From Patescibacteria group bacterium (GTDB lineage: Bacteria; Patescibacteriota; Microgenomatia; UBA8517): 64,000 bases of DNA. Below are positions 1-9,831 of this stretch, piece after piece. A model generated the notes under the pieces. That model worked only from the letters and a program-made list of their open reading frames with translations. It made no database searches and was not told the DNA's origin. Every line of letters begins with the position of its first letter. Position 1 is the stretch's first letter. Location: the NCBI GenBank assembly GCA_041742135.1, contig JBGSJG010000004.1, positions 45,975-109,974 of the forward strand, in the 5' to 3' direction. The position numbers were made by a program, and so were the translations under genes.

Positions 1-525
1 GTCACTTGGAATTGTCGCTACATGAAGAGCTAGAAACACTAACGGTACGACCATAAATCTGTGGGTAAAAAGCCAAATGTGATAGCTGAGTTTAGAGTAC
101 AAAGTAAGCACAATTAAAAGAGTAAAGCCGAAAAGCGCAAGTTTACCGTAGTTGTATGGCATATATGAAATGTTTAAAAAATAAATCTTTATGTTTTGCC
201 AGAGCCCGGCGGAGCCGAACAAGAGGAGTGTGGGGTGCACGAGCATCAGATAAAATGCTACTTTTCCGGTGAGCTTGTGCTGTTTATAGACTTTATCAAG
301 GCCTCCGAAAAGATTTTCAAAATATTTAAGACGGGCGGCAAGGAGTAAATTAAGCCCAACTAGTACTGCGGCAAAAAGCCCAGCCAATTGTGTTAGTGAA
401 GACACTGGGAAGCGAGTGATTAAAGAAAGGTCGCTTTTAGCCATGAGCCACAAGATCAGTGTTCCTCCCAGTAAAAAAGTGTAGGTGGTTGTTAGGTTCT
501 TGCGAGCCTTAGGACTTTGTATCAT
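1..525 (-). CDS. ferric-reductase-like (FRD/MsrQ-type) heme-binding transmembrane protein, N-terminal part; gene runs off window start
   Basis: Minus-strand ORF whose ATG (525-523) overlaps the TGA of the upstream LCP gene (ATGA). Translation is multi-TM with bis-His motifs HKLTGKVAFYLMLVH (H-x13-H) and HRFMVVPLVFLALH (H-x12-H). Confidence 0.45.
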   Translation of the reverse strand, partial: MIQSPKARKNLTTTYTFLLGGTLILWLMAKSDLSLITRFPVSSLTQLAGLFAAVLVGLNLLLAARLKYFENLFGGLDKVYKQHKLTGKVAFYLMLVHPTLLLFGSAGLWQNIKIYFLNISYMPYNYGKLALFGFTLLIVLTLYSKLSYHIWLFTHRFMVVPLVFLALHVATIPSD

Positions 526-1637
526 TTGATTTCAAGTTTAATGAAATTTTGAACTTCTTGCCAGTTTCCGTTACCTGCCTTTGGAATTAATATAAATTGC
601 CCGTCACTGCTGGTTGAGTTTTGAAGATAGTCGTCGAGTGTGATGTTTTTGGGAGTGTAGTCCAGAGGGTTTCCGCTGTGGGCTAGAATTTCAATTAAGC
701 TTACCTCGGTAATGTCGGTTTTAATCATGGAACCAAATTCAGTAAAAAACTTATCGATGTTGTTTAGGGCATCAAGTGAAATTAGTTTGTTACGCACCGC
801 CGTCAGGACCGCCTGCTGGCGCTGCCCGCGGGCAAAGTCACCACCATGCTGATCTGAGTGGCGGGAACGGACAAATTTTAGAGCAGTCGCTCCGTCCATC
901 TCGGTTTTCCCCGCGTCAAAATGCAGGTGTTCATAGCGACAAGTGAATTGTTTTTCCAGATTAAAGCCAGAATAAAGTCTGTGAACCTCCTCCATTTTTT
1001 CGGGGGTGAAGCCACAGGTTTCATTTTCAAGACCTACGACAGGATAAAAGTAATCATCAAACGTCACAGGCACATCGACAACAATTCCATCAATGGCATC
1101 AATGGCGCGTTCAAAACTTCGAAAATCAACTGCGGCATAAAAATCCACGGGAAGGCCCGTTACTTCTTGGGCTGCCATCTTTGCCATTGCTCCGCCGCCG
1201 TCTTGACCTTTAAACTCTGGCTGTTTTAGAGGGTAGCCTGAGTCGTCATTGCCAATCGCAAAAGCTGCATTAATTTTATAATTTTGATTTTGGTCACTTC
1301 TAATTGGAAGCTTTACCCAACTGTCTCGGGGGATAGCGATGAGATTTACCTTTTTAGTTGTAGTGTTGACGTTTGCCAAAACTATTGCATCAGACAAGCC
1401 TCCTCCCGAGTGTCCAGTGCCACCGTAGCCTAAAAGGAGGATGTTAAAAGTATCTTTTTCTGGCTCGGCAAGTGTGTGAGAGCCAACTTTTTCCAAAATT
1501 GCTGAAGTTTTAGGAATAACAACGCTACGTTTTTGGCTTTTTACCAAAAGAATCATAGATACCGAGGCTGCTACAACGGAAGCAATGAAGCAAATAATAA
1601 TTACTCGGCCTGAGAAAGTTTGCAGAAGCGTCTTCAT
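522..1637 (-). CDS. LytR-CpsA-Psr (LCP) family cell-envelope phosphotransferase
   Basis: N-terminal TM anchor. Core LLLGYGGTGHSGGGLSDAIVLANVN matches the LCP catalytic region. Confidence 0.75.
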   Translation of the reverse strand: MKTLLQTFSGRVIIICFIASVVAASVSMILLVKSQKRSVVIPKTSAILEKVGSHTLAEPEKDTFNILLLGYGGTGHSGGGLSDAIVLANVNTTTKKVNLIAIPRDSWVKLPIRSDQNQNYKINAAFAIGNDDSGYPLKQPEFKGQDGGGAMAKMAAQEVTGLPVDFYAAVDFRSFERAIDAIDGIVVDVPVTFDDYFYPVVGLENETCGFTPEKMEEVHRLYSGFNLEKQFTCRYEHLHFDAGKTEMDGATALKFVRSRHSDQHGGDFARGQRQQAVLTAVRNKLISLDALNNIDKFFTEFGSMIKTDITEVSLIEILAHSGNPLDYTPKNITLDDYLQNSTSSDGQFILIPKAGNGNWQEVQNFIKLEIK

Positions 1638-1942
1638 TTGTGCTCTGTGCTTTTTTCCTTTTGTTTTCGAAGCCTACGCTCGAGATCATCCGCTAGGCTG
1701 GTTATCGCAAAAAAAAGCTCTTTGTGAGACCCTTCTGAATAAATGTTCTGTCCGGGGATATCTAGCCTGCACTTGGCTTTAAAACCCCACCGTTCGTTTC
1801 GCTCTATTCGCAGATCAATACCCACAGAATCAGCCGGGGATTTCTTAAAATATTTACTAATCTTCCTTAGAAGTTTCTTTTCGACTTCAGATTTAATTTC
1901 CGGTGTCAGCTCTACTCCTTCTGTGGCAATTTGTAGCTTCAT
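1634..1942 (-). CDS. hpf: ribosome hibernation promoting factor (HPF/RaiA)
   Basis: About 100 aa. Starts MKLQIATEGVELTPEIKSEVEKKL..., the typical HPF/YfiA N-terminus. Stop/start overlap with the LCP gene. Confidence 0.75.
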   Translation of the reverse strand: MKLQIATEGVELTPEIKSEVEKKLLRKISKYFKKSPADSVGIDLRIERNERWGFKAKCRLDIPGQNIYSEGSHKELFFAITSLADDLERRLRKQKEKSTEHK

Positions 1943-1973
1943 GAACTGAGTATATTATACTACTACATACAGC

Positions 1974-2933
1974 ATGGAGAAGGAAGAGTATTTTAAGGCG
2001 GAAATAATTGAGGAAGATGGAGCGCTCCGGCTACGGGCATTGGATGGTAGTCTTAGTAGCCAAGAATTTGAAGTAACGCTTCTAGATGTAGCTCAAGAGA
2101 AGCAGGGTTTTAATGTTGGAGAAAAAGTTGTGGTTTTGGCAACTGCAAATCCCGAAGGAACGCAGTTTACCATTGTCGATTATGTACGCCATGACGCGTT
2201 AACTCTCCTATTTGTCTTGTTTGTATTTGTGGCGGTAATAGTTGGGCGCAAGTGGGGAGTGGCCTCGCTTGTAGGCATGGCATTTTCTTTCTTGGTGATA
2301 TTCATGTTTATATTGCCAAGAATTATCGCCGGGGGGGATCCAGTTTTTAACACAATCTTGGGAGCATCGTTTATAGTCCCTGTCACTTTTTATATGTCGC
2401 ATGGTTTTTCGGACAAGACACATGTAGCGATATTTTCGACAATAATTACGCTTATAATTATAGGCGTGCTTGCGGCGTTTTTTATACAACTGGCGCACCT
2501 GACTGGCTATGCCGCTGAAGAGGCAATCTTTTTACAAAATTTGGGAGAGTTTAATATTCGAGGGATTTTACTGTCGGGAATTATTATTGGTTCTTTGGGA
2601 GTGCTGGACGATATAACGATTTCTCAGGCTAGTATAGTTTTGGAGCTTTACAGCTCTAACGCCAAAACATCAAAAGGCGACCTCTACAGGCGCGCGATGA
2701 ATGTGGGCCGCGACCATATTGCTTCGCTTGTTAACACTTTGGTTTTGGTTTACACCGGAGCTTCTTTGCCTTTACTACTTTTATTCACAGAGTCTGGAAG
2801 GAGCTTTTCCGACATTATTAATATTGAAATGGTTGCGGACGAAATCGTTAGAACGCTGGCTGGCAGCATTGGTCTAATTATTGCTGTTCCTTTGACAACT
2901 TTTATTGCAGTTTATGCATTAGCTAAAAAATAA
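1974..2933 (+). CDS. YibE/F-like integral membrane protein
   Basis: 319 aa. Soluble N-terminal segment followed by six or more hydrophobic helices. Confidence 0.45.
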   Translation: MEKEEYFKAEIIEEDGALRLRALDGSLSSQEFEVTLLDVAQEKQGFNVGEKVVVLATANPEGTQFTIVDYVRHDALTLLFVLFVFVAVIVGRKWGVASLVGMAFSFLVIFMFILPRIIAGGDPVFNTILGASFIVPVTFYMSHGFSDKTHVAIFSTIITLIIIGVLAAFFIQLAHLTGYAAEEAIFLQNLGEFNIRGILLSGIIIGSLGVLDDITISQASIVLELYSSNAKTSKGDLYRRAMNVGRDHIASLVNTLVLVYTGASLPLLLLFTESGRSFSDIINIEMVADEIVRTLAGSIGLIIAVPLTTFIAVYALAKK

Positions 2934-2962
2934 ATGTGTAAAAATTGTCGATGGATTCTTGT

Positions 2963-3805
2963 CTATTCGTCGTGCGAGAATTTGTTTAGCAATTCTTTGA
3001 GCATGTTTTCACTGTAATTCTCTCTTGTTATCTGAAATAACATTTTAAATGTTCCACCTCCAAATTGCTCGTCTGTTTGTGTCTCTAGGTTTTTCCAGTC
3101 ACCAGTTAATCTAGCTTCAATAATCAAGTCCATCCATGAAGGAATTTTGCACTCTATTAGTGAATGTAAACGGACAAAGTTGTCTGCAACCAAAGACATG
3201 CGAGTGCCTAAATCTGTAAAAATATATGAGACATAAGTTTTCGGTGACGGCAAAGACTTTTCTTCCAGTTCTTTTCTCAGGGCTGCCATTTTTTGTGTTT
3301 TTAAAATATAGTCATCTTTGAATAGTAATTTCGCTCGGTGTGTGACGTAGAATTCTTCTTCTTTACTTACAAACCCTTCTTCAAAGAAGTAGCCCTGATA
3401 GCTTCGGATTTCGTTGTTTTTGTTTTTCACCGGAATCGGAACAATCGACTTTAGGCAATAAAGATGATCTAGTTCATGGAAAAGCAATGAAACAATGTCT
3501 AGGTTTGACATTCCCGGTTCTACAAAGATGACCACTACTGCATTTAAAGTAAGAGCTAACGAATTTGAAAAATCACTGTCTTGCCTTCCGCCAGCGTTGA
3601 CATATGCAGCGCTAACGGTGGCATTGTGTTTGCTGGGTATTAAATAGATGCGAGGCTCTGATGATTTAAAATTGTATTTCTCAGCCCGCTTGGAAAAATA
3701 ATTAATTAAATAAGATCGCTCGCTTACTAAACTTGCCCCAACCTTTTTCTGTAGTTTTTTTAAAATAGATTCCATTAAATTTTTCCTATAATTTGTTTTT
3801 ACCAC
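2963..3805 (-). CDS. hypothetical protein with HExxH motif (putative zinc metallohydrolase)
   Basis: LLFHELDHLYC motif in mid-protein. Start overlaps the end of ung by 7 nt, suggesting translational coupling. Confidence 0.35.
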   Translation of the reverse strand: MVKTNYRKNLMESILKKLQKKVGASLVSERSYLINYFSKRAEKYNFKSSEPRIYLIPSKHNATVSAAYVNAGGRQDSDFSNSLALTLNAVVVIFVEPGMSNLDIVSLLFHELDHLYCLKSIVPIPVKNKNNEIRSYQGYFFEEGFVSKEEEFYVTHRAKLLFKDDYILKTQKMAALRKELEEKSLPSPKTYVSYIFTDLGTRMSLVADNFVRLHSLIECKIPSWMDLIIEARLTGDWKNLETQTDEQFGGGTFKMLFQITRENYSENMLKELLNKFSHDE

Positions 3806-4470
3806 TCAATAGGTTCTTTGTCGTGCAGAATTAGGTAAGCATTCGTTTTTGTAAAATGGCGGCAACCAAAAAAGCCTTTGTCTGCTGAAAAAGGGGAAGG
3901 GTGGGGAGCTACGAGGACTAAATGCTTTTCTCGGTCGATGAACTCTCCCTTTTTTTGTGCATATGCTCCCCACAAGAGAAACACTAAGTTTGTTTTGTTA
4001 TTGGCGAGATACTTTACAGCGGCGTCCGTGAACTCCTCCCAGCCTTTTGCTTGGTGGCTTCCCGGACTACCACCGCGAACTGTCAAGGTTGCATTTAAAA
4101 GTAGCACTCCTTGTGTTGCCCAGCGAGTCAAGTTTCCATCGTTTGGCGGCCTTTTGCCTGTGTCGCCTTCAATTTCTTTGTAGATATTGTGAAGAGATGG
4201 GGGAACTGGTACTCCTTCGGGAACAGAAAAAGAAAGCCCGTGTGCTTGGCCTGCCCCGTGGTAGGGATCCTGGCCTAAAATAACCACTTTTGTATTTTCA
4301 ATGGGCGATGCATCAAAAGCTGTGAAAATTTTTTGAGGCGGTGGGTATACCGTGGCAGTGGCATACTCAGATTTTACGAACTTTGCAAGGCTGGCAAAGT
4401 AAGGCTTCTCAAATTCATCTGAAAGTACTTTTTTCCAGGATGACTCAAGTTTTACATCCATCAGCCACAA
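3799..4470 (-). CDS. ung: uracil-DNA glycosylase, family 1
   Basis: VVILGQDPYHGAGQAHGLSFSV (GQDPYH water-activating loop). C-terminal HPSP motif. Confidence 0.9.
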   Translation of the reverse strand: MWLMDVKLESSWKKVLSDEFEKPYFASLAKFVKSEYATATVYPPPQKIFTAFDASPIENTKVVILGQDPYHGAGQAHGLSFSVPEGVPVPPSLHNIYKEIEGDTGKRPPNDGNLTRWATQGVLLLNATLTVRGGSPGSHQAKGWEEFTDAAVKYLANNKTNLVFLLWGAYAQKKGEFIDREKHLVLVAPHPSPFSADKGFFGCRHFTKTNAYLILHDKEPIEW

Positions 4471-4514
4471 GTTTACACCAAATTAGTATATATTTAACTA
4501 AGGGGGTGATTTAG

Positions 4515-4691
4515 ATGAAGAAAAAAGATATGAGACAAGTGTCTCAAGTTTTAATAGCTGGAGCCGTTATCGCCGTAGTATTGGCCGCTATTGGGTATAC
4601 CGGGGTTGATATTTGGCTGGCTTCAACTCAATGGCTTTTGGTCGCGGCTGTTTTGGCCTTGTTTGGAGTTTATACCAAAATAAACTCATAG
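4515..4691 (+). CDS. small membrane protein (58 aa, two TM helices)
   Basis: AGGGGGTGA ribosome-binding site 6 nt upstream of the ATG. Not in the ORF track because it is under 60 aa. Hydrophobic composition. Confidence 0.45.
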   Translation: MKKKDMRQVSQVLIAGAVIAVVLAAIGYTGVDIWLASTQWLLVAAVLALFGVYTKINS

Positions 4692-4728
4692 TTTTGACAC
4701 CTTTATGCTTTTTTGTTAGGCTTGTGTC

Positions 4729-5190
4729 ATGAAAGCCGCCGTATTTTTGGTGGTAGTTTTGCTTCTGGGTCTTGTCGGCTTTTTATTTTTATCAAAGTCT
4801 CGTGACAACACTCCTAAAATTACCGATGAAGCAGCCACTCAAACAGTAGAAGTCGAGAATAAAATTGAGGAAATATTTGGGAGAAATATTCCTGACGATG
4901 TAGAAAAGCTGTCCCTTACAGATTTGACCAACGAAAGCTTGTTGGCTATTGCGACAAGAAAAGAAGAATCGGGCAGTGTCGAATTCTCGGTTTTAGCTGA
5001 TTTGCCAGAAAACCAAGAATCATATGAGGTCTGGGCTGGCGCGAGTAGCCAAACTGCTCAGAAAATTGGGAGTTTGATATCGGCTAAAGCCGGGTACATT
5101 TTTGAAGAAAACTCTCTTGGAGCACTTTCTGATTTTGAGTATGTTGCAATTATGCGTTCTGGCCAGAAAATGCTTGAAGGGTCCTTTTAA
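4729..5190 (+). CDS. membrane-anchored hypothetical protein
   Basis: N-terminal TM helix (AAVFLVVVLLLGLVGFLFL) followed by an acidic soluble domain. Confidence 0.45.
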   Translation: MKAAVFLVVVLLLGLVGFLFLSKSRDNTPKITDEAATQTVEVENKIEEIFGRNIPDDVEKLSLTDLTNESLLAIATRKEESGSVEFSVLADLPENQESYEVWAGASSQTAQKIGSLISAKAGYIFEENSLGALSDFEYVAIMRSGQKMLEGSF

Positions 5191-5200
5191 TACTTCAATT

Positions 5201-5209
5201 TGGTACAAT
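5201..5209 (+). promoter_or_regulatory. extended -10 element TGgTACAAT
   Basis: TGnTAnAAT match 7 nt upstream of the ATG at 5216. Implies a leaderless or very short leader transcript. Confidence 0.3.
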
Positions 5210-5215
5210 GAACTA

Positions 5216-5923
5216 ATGAAAAGGTTGACCGCAATACTGCTCGTGTCTTTATTTTTCATGGTGTCTCTACGCTCGGCGCAGGCTGCAATGCTAACTTTTA
5301 CTAAAAATGGCGAGGTTTATTGGAATGTTTTGGGTCTTGAAGATAGTACCTTGGAAGTGACGAAGGTTGTGGAGAAATTTGTAAGTGGGATGCCTTCAAC
5401 TGTAATTTTGTCAAACGATCAGGGGACAGTAAGGTTAAGTTATGGTGATCGTGGTGAGCGCGAGGTCGACATTTCGGGCTATAACGAGGACATTGTTGAG
5501 ATCGAAGGCAAGGAGTCAGCAAAAAAACTTTTTATTCGAGCGACCGACAACGGTTTTTCGATTCGAGAAAAAGCTATTACCGCAAATACCAGCTTTCCTA
5601 TAAAAATTAATTCGCCCCAAAATAAAATTGCAGTAACCACGCCTTCAGGTGAGAGGTTTCTGTCAGTTTCACCATTTGATGCAGTGAACCAGATTGTGCG
5701 CACCAATATCATAAGCGCGTTTGCGGGGGAGGCAACAATCGATTTAGTCGAAAAAAGTGAGGGGGAAATTGCCTACGTCATAATTGGCAAGAAGGATATT
5801 CAACTTTTTAATATTTTTATGATTGAAGTGCCAATAACAGCTGAAGTTTCAGCACTCAGTGGCAACGTCATTGATGTAGTTAGCCCACTTTGGTATTCTG
5901 TTGTAGATTTTCTGTTGGTTTAA
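5216..5923 (+). CDS. secreted hypothetical protein
   Basis: Start moved to the internal ATG that gives a signal peptide (MKRLTAILLVSLFFMVSLRSAQA). The track start at 5102 overlaps the previous gene. Confidence 0.45.
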   Translation: MKRLTAILLVSLFFMVSLRSAQAAMLTFTKNGEVYWNVLGLEDSTLEVTKVVEKFVSGMPSTVILSNDQGTVRLSYGDRGEREVDISGYNEDIVEIEGKESAKKLFIRATDNGFSIREKAITANTSFPIKINSPQNKIAVTTPSGERFLSVSPFDAVNQIVRTNIISAFAGEATIDLVEKSEGEIAYVIIGKKDIQLFNIFMIEVPITAEVSALSGNVIDVVSPLWYSVVDFLLV

Positions 5924-5938
5924 TTTAGTTCTTATCCA

Positions 5939-6598
5939 ATGTTATTTGTTAATTTTAAAACTTACGAAGAAGCTTCAGGTTTTTTTGGACTGGAACTTCT
6001 CGAAAAACTTGGCGAAGCAGCTCGCGAGAACCAGACAAAAGTTGTTGCAGTTATGCAGGCTGCCGATATCCGAGAAGCTACGATTTCTTCTGGGCTTGAA
6101 ATCTGGGCTCAGCATGTTGATGCAGTAGACTATGGAGCTCACACTGGAGCAATTTTGCCCGAGGCTGTTTTGACAGACGGCGCGGCTGGCACATTTTTAA
6201 ATCACTCAGAGAATAAATATCAGGACCACAAAGCGCTTGAGGCTGTAGTTGAGCGCTGCCGAAAAATTGGGCTCAAGACTTTAGTTTTTGCAGCAGACAT
6301 TTCTGAGCTTAAAAAGATATTGGCTTTAAAGCCAGATTTTGTTTCTTACGAACCACCTGAGCTGGTTGGTAGTAAAACCACGTCAGTTGCCGAGGCTAAG
6401 CCGGAAGTAATTGCTGAAGCGGTTAAGCTTTCACACGAAGCTCGAATTCCTTTAATTGTGGGGGCAGGCATTAAATCTAAAAAAGATGTGGAAGTAAGTG
6501 TTAGTTTGGGAGCAGATGGGGTGGCGGTTGCAAGCGATATTGTTAAGGCCGAGGATCCTAAAAAAGAAACGATCGATCTTTTAGAGGGGTTTAAATAA
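5939..6598 (+). CDS. tpiA: triosephosphate isomerase, archaeal-type (short form)
   Basis: 219 aa. INFKTY-like N-terminus (MLFVNFKTYEE) and GAHTGAILPEAV...GTFLNHSENK align closely to Pyrococcus-type TIM rather than the bacterial NWKMN type. Confidence 0.85.
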   Translation: MLFVNFKTYEEASGFFGLELLEKLGEAARENQTKVVAVMQAADIREATISSGLEIWAQHVDAVDYGAHTGAILPEAVLTDGAAGTFLNHSENKYQDHKALEAVVERCRKIGLKTLVFAADISELKKILALKPDFVSYEPPELVGSKTTSVAEAKPEVIAEAVKLSHEARIPLIVGAGIKSKKDVEVSVSLGADGVAVASDIVKAEDPKKETIDLLEGFK

Positions 6599-6600
6599 TT

Positions 6601-7035
6601 ATGAAAATTTATATTGGTGCGGATCACAGAGGTTTTGAGCTTAAAAAGAAAGTTTTAGCTTGGCTTTCGGAGGCTGTTGACATGGGTGCTTTTGAGTATG
6701 ACCCACAAGACGACTATACGCTTTATGCCGAAAAAGTGGCTTCAATGGTCGTGGACAATAACGCTCGTGGAATATTGCTTTGTGGCTCGGGAGTGGGAGT
6801 TGACGTTGTGGCAAATAAGTTTGATAACGTGCGAGCATCGGTTGGTAAGTCTCCCGAGCAAGTGGCGGCCGGCCGTCGTGACGACAATATGAACATTTTA
6901 GTAATTGCGGCAGACTATACGAATGAAGAAGAAGCCAAACAAATGGTTGAGGCTTTTACTAAAACCAAGTTTTCAGGGAAAGCACGCCACAGGCGAAGAC
7001 TTAAAGATATTGAAAGAATCGAGGCTAATAATTAA
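6601..7035 (+). CDS. rpiB: ribose-5-phosphate isomerase B (RpiB/LacAB family)
   Basis: MKIYIGADHRGFELKK...GILLCGSGVGVDVVANK. Confidence 0.85.
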   Translation: MKIYIGADHRGFELKKKVLAWLSEAVDMGAFEYDPQDDYTLYAEKVASMVVDNNARGILLCGSGVGVDVVANKFDNVRASVGKSPEQVAAGRRDDNMNILVIAADYTNEEEAKQMVEAFTKTKFSGKARHRRRLKDIERIEANN

Positions 7036-8051
7036 TGAAAGTTCAAACTTTTGAGGAGATCGATCTTACTGGCAAGAGAGTTTTAGTGAGAGCTGACTTG
7101 GATGTTCCGTTTGAAGGCACAGAGGTCCGCGATGATTCTAGAATCGTAAACTGCACTCCCACCTTTAAGCGAATTTTGGAAAAAGGAGCAGCCCAGCTTT
7201 TAATTTTGGGGCATATTGGCAAATACGAAGGAGAGGAAAAAACCGTGTCGACTGAGTTTTTAGTTCCAACTTTGGAAAAATTACTTGGGGAGAGTGTGAA
7301 GTTTGTATCCGGAATGCCTCCAACGGGAGAGCTGGCGGGCAGAATAATCTTATTAGATAACGTCCGAAAAGACCCCAGAGAAGAACAAAATAGCGATGAG
7401 TTTTCGAAGGGAATTGCACGACTTGCCGACACTTATGTTAACGAAGCTTTTGCTACTTCTCACAGAGAGCACTCTTCAATTGTTGGCATTTCAAAATTTC
7501 TACCTAAGTACGCTGGGATTCGTTTCGCGCGTGAAGTGGAAACACTCTCGGAGATTTTGGAAAATCCAAAAAAGCCAGTTGTGGCGCTAATTAGTGGAAT
7601 TAAGAGAGATAAATTAACTTATATAAATAATTTTTTGGGCTTTTCCGATCGCATTTTAGTTGCAGGGAGGCTTCCTGAGTACATTGAGGACAACGATCCT
7701 CTGAGAAGTAACTCGAAGGTGGTTGTTGCTCGATTGATTCCAGACAAGGAGGATATAACAATTCATGCGATCGAGGCATTCGAACAGGAAATTGACCGTG
7801 CGGAAACTGTGATTGTCGCTGGAGTTTTGGGCAAATATGAAGAAGAGGGTCACAGGCAGGGGACGAAGCGCGTGTTTGAAAAAGTGGCAAATTCTAGCGC
7901 ATATAAACTTATGGGCGGAGGAGACTCTGAAGCCGCCGCATCGCTTTTTGGCATAACTGACAAATTTGACTGGATTAGTACGGGTGGAGGCGCCATGCTT
8001 GAGTTTTTGGCAAAAGGAACTTTACCTGGGATTGAAGCATTGATACACTGA
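7035..8051 (+). CDS. pgk: phosphoglycerate kinase (short, 338 aa)
   Basis: GKRVLVRADLDVP N-terminus. GGGDSEAAA...GGGAMLEFL C-terminal motifs. ATGA overlap with rpiB. Confidence 0.85.
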   Translation: MKVQTFEEIDLTGKRVLVRADLDVPFEGTEVRDDSRIVNCTPTFKRILEKGAAQLLILGHIGKYEGEEKTVSTEFLVPTLEKLLGESVKFVSGMPPTGELAGRIILLDNVRKDPREEQNSDEFSKGIARLADTYVNEAFATSHREHSSIVGISKFLPKYAGIRFAREVETLSEILENPKKPVVALISGIKRDKLTYINNFLGFSDRILVAGRLPEYIEDNDPLRSNSKVVVARLIPDKEDITIHAIEAFEQEIDRAETVIVAGVLGKYEEEGHRQGTKRVFEKVANSSAYKLMGGGDSEAAASLFGITDKFDWISTGGGAMLEFLAKGTLPGIEALIH

Positions 8052-8054
8052 ACT

Positions 8055-9170
8055 ATGATTAAGGTAGGAATAAATGGATTTGGAAGAATTGGCAGGCTTG
8101 CGTATCGTGTGGCGCTTAGCAAGCACACGGGCGAGATTGAAATTGCGGCAGTGAACACTTCAGGATCGATGAACACGGCAGGTTGGGCGCATTTGGTCAA
8201 CTACGACACGATGTATCGCAGGTTTGAGCACGAAGTTCATGCTGAAGAAATTCGTGACCCAAAAGAAGTAACTGATGAAAATCCTGAGATTGGAAAACTT
8301 AAAACCGAGGGCCATGAAACTGTCGTACTTGCTCAAAGAGAGCCAGACAAAATTCCATGGGGCAAATACGGGGTAGATGTAGTGATCGAATCTACTGGAA
8401 AATTTATTAAAGAAGAGGATGCTAAAAAACATGCAGTGGGTGGAGCCAAGAGGGTAGTAATTTCAGCCCCTTCCAAAGGTGGCAATGTGGGGACTTATGT
8501 CTTGGGTGTAAATGATTACCCTTCGACAAGCTCAGGGCAAGCAGCTCCTACTGTCATATCAAATGCTTCTTGCACCACAAACTGTGTTGCCCCTGTGGCC
8601 TCAGTAATTCATAGTAACTTTGGAATAGAAAAAGCCATGATGACTACGGTTCACGGCTATACTGATGATCAAAACCTTCAAGATAATTCTCACAAAGACT
8701 TGCGCCGTGCTCGTGCGGCTGCTGTAAACATTGTGCCTACTTCCACAGGCGCAGCTATCGCAACAACCGAAACCATCCCCGAACTCAAAGGAATTTTTGA
8801 TGGAATGAGTCTTCGTGTGCCTGTAATTACGGGTTCAATTACTGACTTCACATTCCTTCTTAAAAAAGTTGTAACCATCGAAGAGGTGAATGAGGCTTTT
8901 AAAAAAGCTGCCGAGAATGCGCTATACAAAGGCATTCTGGCAGTAAGCGAGGAGCCATTGGTTAGTAGTGACATAATTGGAAGAAGCGAATCGGCAATAG
9001 TGGATTTGGGATTAACTCAAATTGTCGACGGAAACATGCTTAAAGTTTTTGCTTGGTATGACAACGAATGGGGATATACCAATAGACTTGTCGAACAAGT
9101 TATTCGAGTAGGAAGGACTCTTGAAACTCAAACTGCCCCAAGCGACCCGATAACGCTTTCTCATCAATGA
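8055..9170 (+). CDS. gap: glyceraldehyde-3-phosphate dehydrogenase
   Basis: INGFGRIGR Rossmann motif. Catalytic SNASCTTNC segment. Confidence 0.9.
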   Translation: MIKVGINGFGRIGRLAYRVALSKHTGEIEIAAVNTSGSMNTAGWAHLVNYDTMYRRFEHEVHAEEIRDPKEVTDENPEIGKLKTEGHETVVLAQREPDKIPWGKYGVDVVIESTGKFIKEEDAKKHAVGGAKRVVISAPSKGGNVGTYVLGVNDYPSTSSGQAAPTVISNASCTTNCVAPVASVIHSNFGIEKAMMTTVHGYTDDQNLQDNSHKDLRRARAAAVNIVPTSTGAAIATTETIPELKGIFDGMSLRVPVITGSITDFTFLLKKVVTIEEVNEAFKKAAENALYKGILAVSEEPLVSSDIIGRSESAIVDLGLTQIVDGNMLKVFAWYDNEWGYTNRLVEQVIRVGRTLETQTAPSDPITLSHQ

Positions 9171-9814
9171 AAGACATCGAAATAATTCCTGGCATTTTGA
9201 CCAACAATTCCGAAGAGCTTCGTTCTCTTTTGGCGCGTGCAACGGGCGTGGCAAAACGAGTTCATATAGATATTATCGATGGCGTTTTTGCTGGCAATAA
9301 AACTATCGATCCGTCGGTACTAAACAATATCGACAATTCACTTTTAATTGATTTTCATTTGATGGTAAAAAGCCCCATAAGCTGGCTTGAAAAGTGTTTG
9401 CAAGCTGGAGGAGCTCGTGCGATTGGTCAAGTAGAAAGGATGAATGACCCGGAAGAGTACGTTAAAAAGTGCCAAGGATTGGGATTGTCTCCCGGGTTGG
9501 CATTGGATCTAACTACCCCGGTGGATTATATTGAGCCTCGGATTTTGATGGATGTGGACGTTGTACTTCTAATGAGTGTTCCGGCTGGCTACGGAGGGCA
9601 GAAATTTGAAGACTCGGTTTTAACAAAAATTAAGGAATTAATAGAAATTCGCGGGCGAGACTCTCAGCCTTTTAAAATAATTGATGATGGGGGGATAGTT
9701 TTATCAAACGTTGACGATGTCGCTCGAGCTGGTGTTGACGAGGTAGTAATTGGCCAGAGAATTTTTGAAGGGGATTTGAAAGACAATATCGCAAAATTTA
9801 AAAGTGCCGCATGA
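9167..9814 (+). CDS. rpe: ribulose-phosphate 3-epimerase
   Basis: HIDIIDGVF...DFHLMV motifs. Start overlaps the gap stop. Confidence 0.85.
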   Translation: MKDIEIIPGILTNNSEELRSLLARATGVAKRVHIDIIDGVFAGNKTIDPSVLNNIDNSLLIDFHLMVKSPISWLEKCLQAGGARAIGQVERMNDPEEYVKKCQGLGLSPGLALDLTTPVDYIEPRILMDVDVVLLMSVPAGYGGQKFEDSVLTKIKELIEIRGRDSQPFKIIDDGGIVLSNVDDVARAGVDEVVIGQRIFEGDLKDNIAKFKSAA

Positions 9815-9831
9815 TATGTTAACCTGAAGAC

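Noticed and set aside
5102-5215. Upstream start for the 273-aa ORF, and likewise 16009 for the PfkB gene, 26985 for the secreted protein and 62028 for GH57
   Set aside because: Each extended start overlaps the preceding gene. Internal ATGs give a signal peptide or a start/stop overlap typical of the operons here.
7043-7432. Antisense ORFs inside pgk, and similar opposite-strand or overlapping ORFs inside gap, the PBPs, nrdJ, the T4CP gene, ftsH and the P-type ATPase (for example 7165-7419, 8690-8974, 23630-23906, 29819-30256, 34634-35059, 43883-44173, 55923-56331)
   Set aside because: They lie entirely within confidently identified genes on the other strand or frame, with low-complexity translations. 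Judged as spurious.
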